Notes under the pieces: generated by a model
The model's database searches: none
Told to the model about the DNA's origin: nothing
What the model saw: only the letters and a program-made list of their open reading frames with translations
Origin: Felis catus
Taxonomy: Eukaryota
Reading direction: 5' to 3'
Assembly (NCBI RefSeq): GCF_018350175.1
Contig: NC_058383.1
Coordinates: 1,116,001-1,180,000 of the forward strand
Length of the DNA: 64,000 nt
Program-made: the position numbers and the translations under genes
Shown: piece by piece, positions 60,026 through 64,000 of the stretch
How positions within the stretch are numbered: position 1 is the stretch's first letter
Layout: each line of letters starts with the position of its first letter

Positions 60026-62699
60026 AATAGCTCAAAGGGGGCACGGGAGCCAGTCTGCCAGATAATCCAGAAGCCACACAGGTGCAACTTCCCAGGACAT
60101 CCTGCGGAGCCTTCCCTGTCAGTCTGCCTTCCTGAGGGTCACAGGATCCCATGAGGGACTCTGCAAGAGGCCTTCCAGGGCCGCCAAGTCCAGCCTTCTC
60201 GGATTAAAGAAAGGGAAACTGAGGCCAGAGAGGAATGGGGAGTGAGAGGGCCCAAGACCGGCTGTTCTCTTTCGCTGCACCCCACTCCCTGCCTCCAGGA
60301 AGTTTGGTTCCCACCCCAGGGGCTGTTCTCCACGTGACATTTTGGGTGATATCGTTGGGGATGGGTAGGAAGGGGGAGGACCCCGGAGCTTGCCGCCTGC
60401 TCCAGGAATGCAGGCCATCCAGCTGGCCGCCCCGGGACCTGGGACCTGCGTGGGGGAGGGGGGCGCGGCAGGCACGACCTCCGACCTCTGGGTAGCTGGT
60501 GGTGCTCCATCCCAGGGCCTGCATGGGGGTGGAGGGGGGTTGGGGGGCGAGGCAGGCACGACCTCTCCGGGTGGCTGCTGTGATCTGTCGAGGTGGCTCA
60601 CGGAGAGAAACCGTGGCCCCTCCCCCCTCGGTCCTTCTAGCATTTGCCGTTCTCCCTGTCAGTGGACTAGGCAGTCTGCGTGCGTCTAGGACATCTGGGA
60701 GGTGCAAACGCGAGCATCACGGAGAAAGAAAACCACCTTCAACTTTCTGATTTAGTACAAAAGTCCGCGGATGGCTTGCTGGTCCCCACATAATGACGGC
60801 CCCTTTACACACTGTCCCCGGAGCCCCTTCTCCACCCTCCACAGCGTCTGGCCACGTGGAGTCACGAGGCTCATGCTGCGTTTGCTGCCTTGAGTGCTCT
60901 CCCTCCTCGCCCTGCCTTTCCTGGCAAACTCCTACTCATCCTCAAAGGCCCCCCTCAAATGCCCTCTCCTCTGGGAGGCCCTTCTGGATTGCCTCCGGCA
61001 GGACCCCTGACTTCCTTGTCAGTTCTTGTCTCTACCAGAGTACCTGGCCTGGCATGTGGTCGGCGTCCCTCAGGGGAGGCCGCTGCCTCCCCCACCGTAT
61101 GGATGAGGACACTGAGGTCCAGGGAGGGGCAGTGCCGGCCTTGTGCCACGCTGGTCTGAGACACGGGCCTCCTGCTGCCCCAGGGTAGACACTTCCCCCC
61201 GTGTCTCGAGTTGTGAGACAGGCCTCCTTGGGCCACTGCTCAGGATGACCGCCTCCCGCTGGGCCGGGTCCCCTGCCTTCTGCCCGAACCCCATCCCTGG
61301 GCACCTGCTTCTCAGGCTATTCCCAGAGCCTTACAGGACATGGTGGGGGAGCTCTGCCCCCACCCACCGTGCCTCCCGTGGCCTCTGTGCCGGGCCAGTA
61401 GCTGATGAGACCATGCTGTGAGTCCCCCTCTATTGACGTCTGCTGAAATCATTTGAGACAAAGTTACTGCACAGACATTAGAGCCACTTTTCAGAGCGAA
61501 ACATCTGTCATTTAGCACTATGACGCTACGGGGACGGCACTTTAGAACAATCTTGTTGCACTTAATTTATTTTCTTTCGAATACTACCGAGAAGGGTGAG
61601 TTCCTAGGTGCTCTGTATGGACAAATTTGACTCTTGTTGGGTGAGGACGCCCCTGCCCCCTCCAGGGGACACGCCCACCCTCCGGAGGAGACCTGCCCAG
61701 GGGCTCACATCAGCCAATTGATTTATCCCTTTTCAAACCTGCCAGGAGCCCTCCATGGGAACCACCTTCCCTCCCTCCCTCCCCAGCCCCTGCCCCCCCC
61801 CCCCCCCAGCACGCTTGGCTGAGTTGGAATCTTCCCATGGGGCCAGACACCTCCCGGCCTCCCCCCACCCCCAGGGAAGAGAGGGCTTGTCCGTCCCCCA
61901 GCCCGGCTCTGTTTGCCCACATGCTCATCCCTTCCCCCCCAGCACCAGGGCCAGAGACCCCAAGCTGGTCCTCTTGGACCACACGTCCCTCCTCCAGGAC
62001 AGGAAGCTGCAAACTGAACTCTCCTTCCCCTGGTGTTTCTCCCCCGCCCAAGGCCAGCAGTGAATCCCACCCTCAGGGGCCCCCTTTCCTTCCTCCTGTC
62101 CTGCCCCTGCTGTACCCCTGGGAGTCGACAGAGGAGGAAGCAGAGACTCAGAGGGGGTCAGACACTTGCTGGGGGGACGCAGTAGGGCAGGGGCAGAGCA
62201 GGGTTTTGGAGATGCCTTCCCCCGCTCTGCTTTCCCGGGAAGGGCTGGCAGCAGGGAACAGAAGCTGGAATCGGCCATGTGAGGGCACATTGGGGCTGGA
62301 CGGGGCTGTGGGGCAGGGCAGTCCTTGAGCCAGACATCGGGCCCGAAGCAGCCCCTCACCATCATCCGTCTTGGCTCTAACGTGGGGTGATTATGCCCAT
62401 CTGAAATAACCAGCCCCTGCCCTCCTGGCCACCGAGGGCAGCCTGCCAGCCCTGGGGACCCTTGTGGCAGAGAGAGAGAGGGAGAAAGACCAACCTTCCC
62501 CACCTGCCCCCGCCCTGTCCCGCTGCCCCTGCCTCACAGGCAGGCTGCTTGGGCCCAGCCCGTGTGCCTGTGCCGCCCCCGAGGACCATTTTTGGGGTGT
62601 CCTCCCCTTCCTCCCCCTGGCTCTGGTAGGGCTGAGACCACATGGGAATCTTCTGATAAATGTGCCTCACTTTAGGGGTGAGGACCTTGAGGCACGGGG

Positions 62700-62886
62700 C
62701 GTCTGGGGCAAGCTGCAGGCAGCTCCCCTCGGCTTGTGCGAGCTGTGTCACCTCCAGTAACCTCACGCAGCTGGCCTGAAACTGACCACAGTAGGAATAT
62801 TTACACCACAGAAATTGGCAAACGCTGCAAGTCAGGGCTCGTTCAACACCACCCATCAGGGTGACCCCCGGTAGATGCACCGCTGG
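62700..62886. mobile_element. MER63-like hAT-Blackjack relic
   Basis: GGAATATTTACACCACAGAAATTGGCAAACGCTGCAAGTCAGGGCT matches the recalled MER63 core; ends CACCGCTGG. Confidence 0.7.
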
Positions 62887-64000
62887 TAACTCCCGGCACC
62901 GAGCCCCTGCCCGTCCCTTCACGGCGCTCAGCGCCCCAGGCTCCCACAGTCTCCAGGGCGAGTCTGTGAGGTCGACGCTGGCCCTCCCCCATCTCACAGA
63001 TGATCACAGAGGCTCCTGGGGTGCGGGGTGTGCTCCGCGTGGCGAGTGTCAGACCTGAGGGCAGCCATGTCCCCGGCTCTCGCCTCTCCCGCTCACGTGA
63101 CCCCGTGCGGGCAGCATCGACACCCCAGACGGCAGACTGGACATAGGCTCGAAGCAGCCCCAGGACTCACCTAAGACCGGAGACCGTGGGTCCTGGAGCA
63201 GCGGTGGCTGGGGTGGCGACCGAGAGCCCTCAGGGCAGTCTTGTCACAGGGGGCGGGTGCTAGAGGTGTTTGGGGGCATGGACATAGCAACTCCAGAGCG
63301 CGGGATGGCCCAGGCTGGGGCAAGGACATAGGGACTCAGGAGCTCGGGATGGCCCAGGCTGGGTCAAGGAAACTTCTTTATCCCCATCCTCTCTGTCCTC
63401 CACGGCCTGGTTTCGTCACCACCTTCTCATGTGACCTAACCTGCCCTGAGTCTCAGTTTCCCCATCCTGTGTCTCCTCTGAGAACTCCCCCCATGGTACA
63501 AAGCCCTCCCACCCCAACTCCTGGGGCTTTTGGACACAGAACTGCGCTGGACCAGCCAGGGAACATTCCTGTGGGCCAGGCACCGTGTGCTACCAGGCCT
63601 GGGCCTGCCGGAGGGCAAGGCGGTGCCCTGCGCAGGAGATGAAGCCCCAGAAGCTGGAGACGGCGGTGTGGGGTGAAGCGCAGAGCAGGGCCGGCAAGGG
63701 GAGCTGTGCCTGCCGCACAAGTGTGTCCTCCGGAAGCCTTCGGGGCCCACGTGGGCCCACCCTAGTGCACCCACAGCCCCCCCTGCAGGCTCTGTCCCGG
63801 CCTCTCTCTTCTGGGAGCCCCTCCTGGGCAGGCAGGAGGTGGGGCAGGCCGGGTTACGTCCCGGCCCCATCCGCCCGGTGCTCAGTAAACGTTTGTTGCT
63901 TCAAACCAGAAGGGAGTCCTCAGGTGTGCAGCGGAGGAGGGGGGAGCCCTCAGGCAGGCCCCCCAGGTCCAGCCCAGAAGGCTGGACAACCGCCAGGATT

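Overview
Mammalian genomic DNA from a feliform carnivore, most likely a cat (feline-type Can-SINEs throughout). The only supported protein-coding gene is UNCX, a paired-class Q50 homeobox gene on the + strand: three coding exons, join(38446..38734, 38971..39146, 41236..42405), 544 aa, AATAAA at 42707. It lies in a ~26 kb zone (about 29.5-56 kb) with no recognisable full-length young SINE or LINE, where CpG islands alternate with AT-rich, TAAT-dense blocks that look like conserved enhancers. The left 29 kb is intergenic and repeat-rich: a decayed L1 carrying nested Can-SINEs, L1 3' fragments, L2, MIR and MER5A relics, a Mutator (Ricksha-like) DNA-transposon fossil with inverted repeats and transposase motifs, and a probable very old ERVL-like pol relic. 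Most ORFs in the supplied track are GC-content or repeat artefacts. I found no clearly new biological system. The best leads are: an alternative reading frame open across all of UNCX exon 3 that intron-1 retention would join to the normal start; a uORF whose stop overlaps the start codon; long polyalanine tracts; paired-homeodomain palindromes around the gene; and the MULE fossil. Repeat subfamily names and family consensus motifs are from memory and need RepeatMasker/Dfam confirmation.
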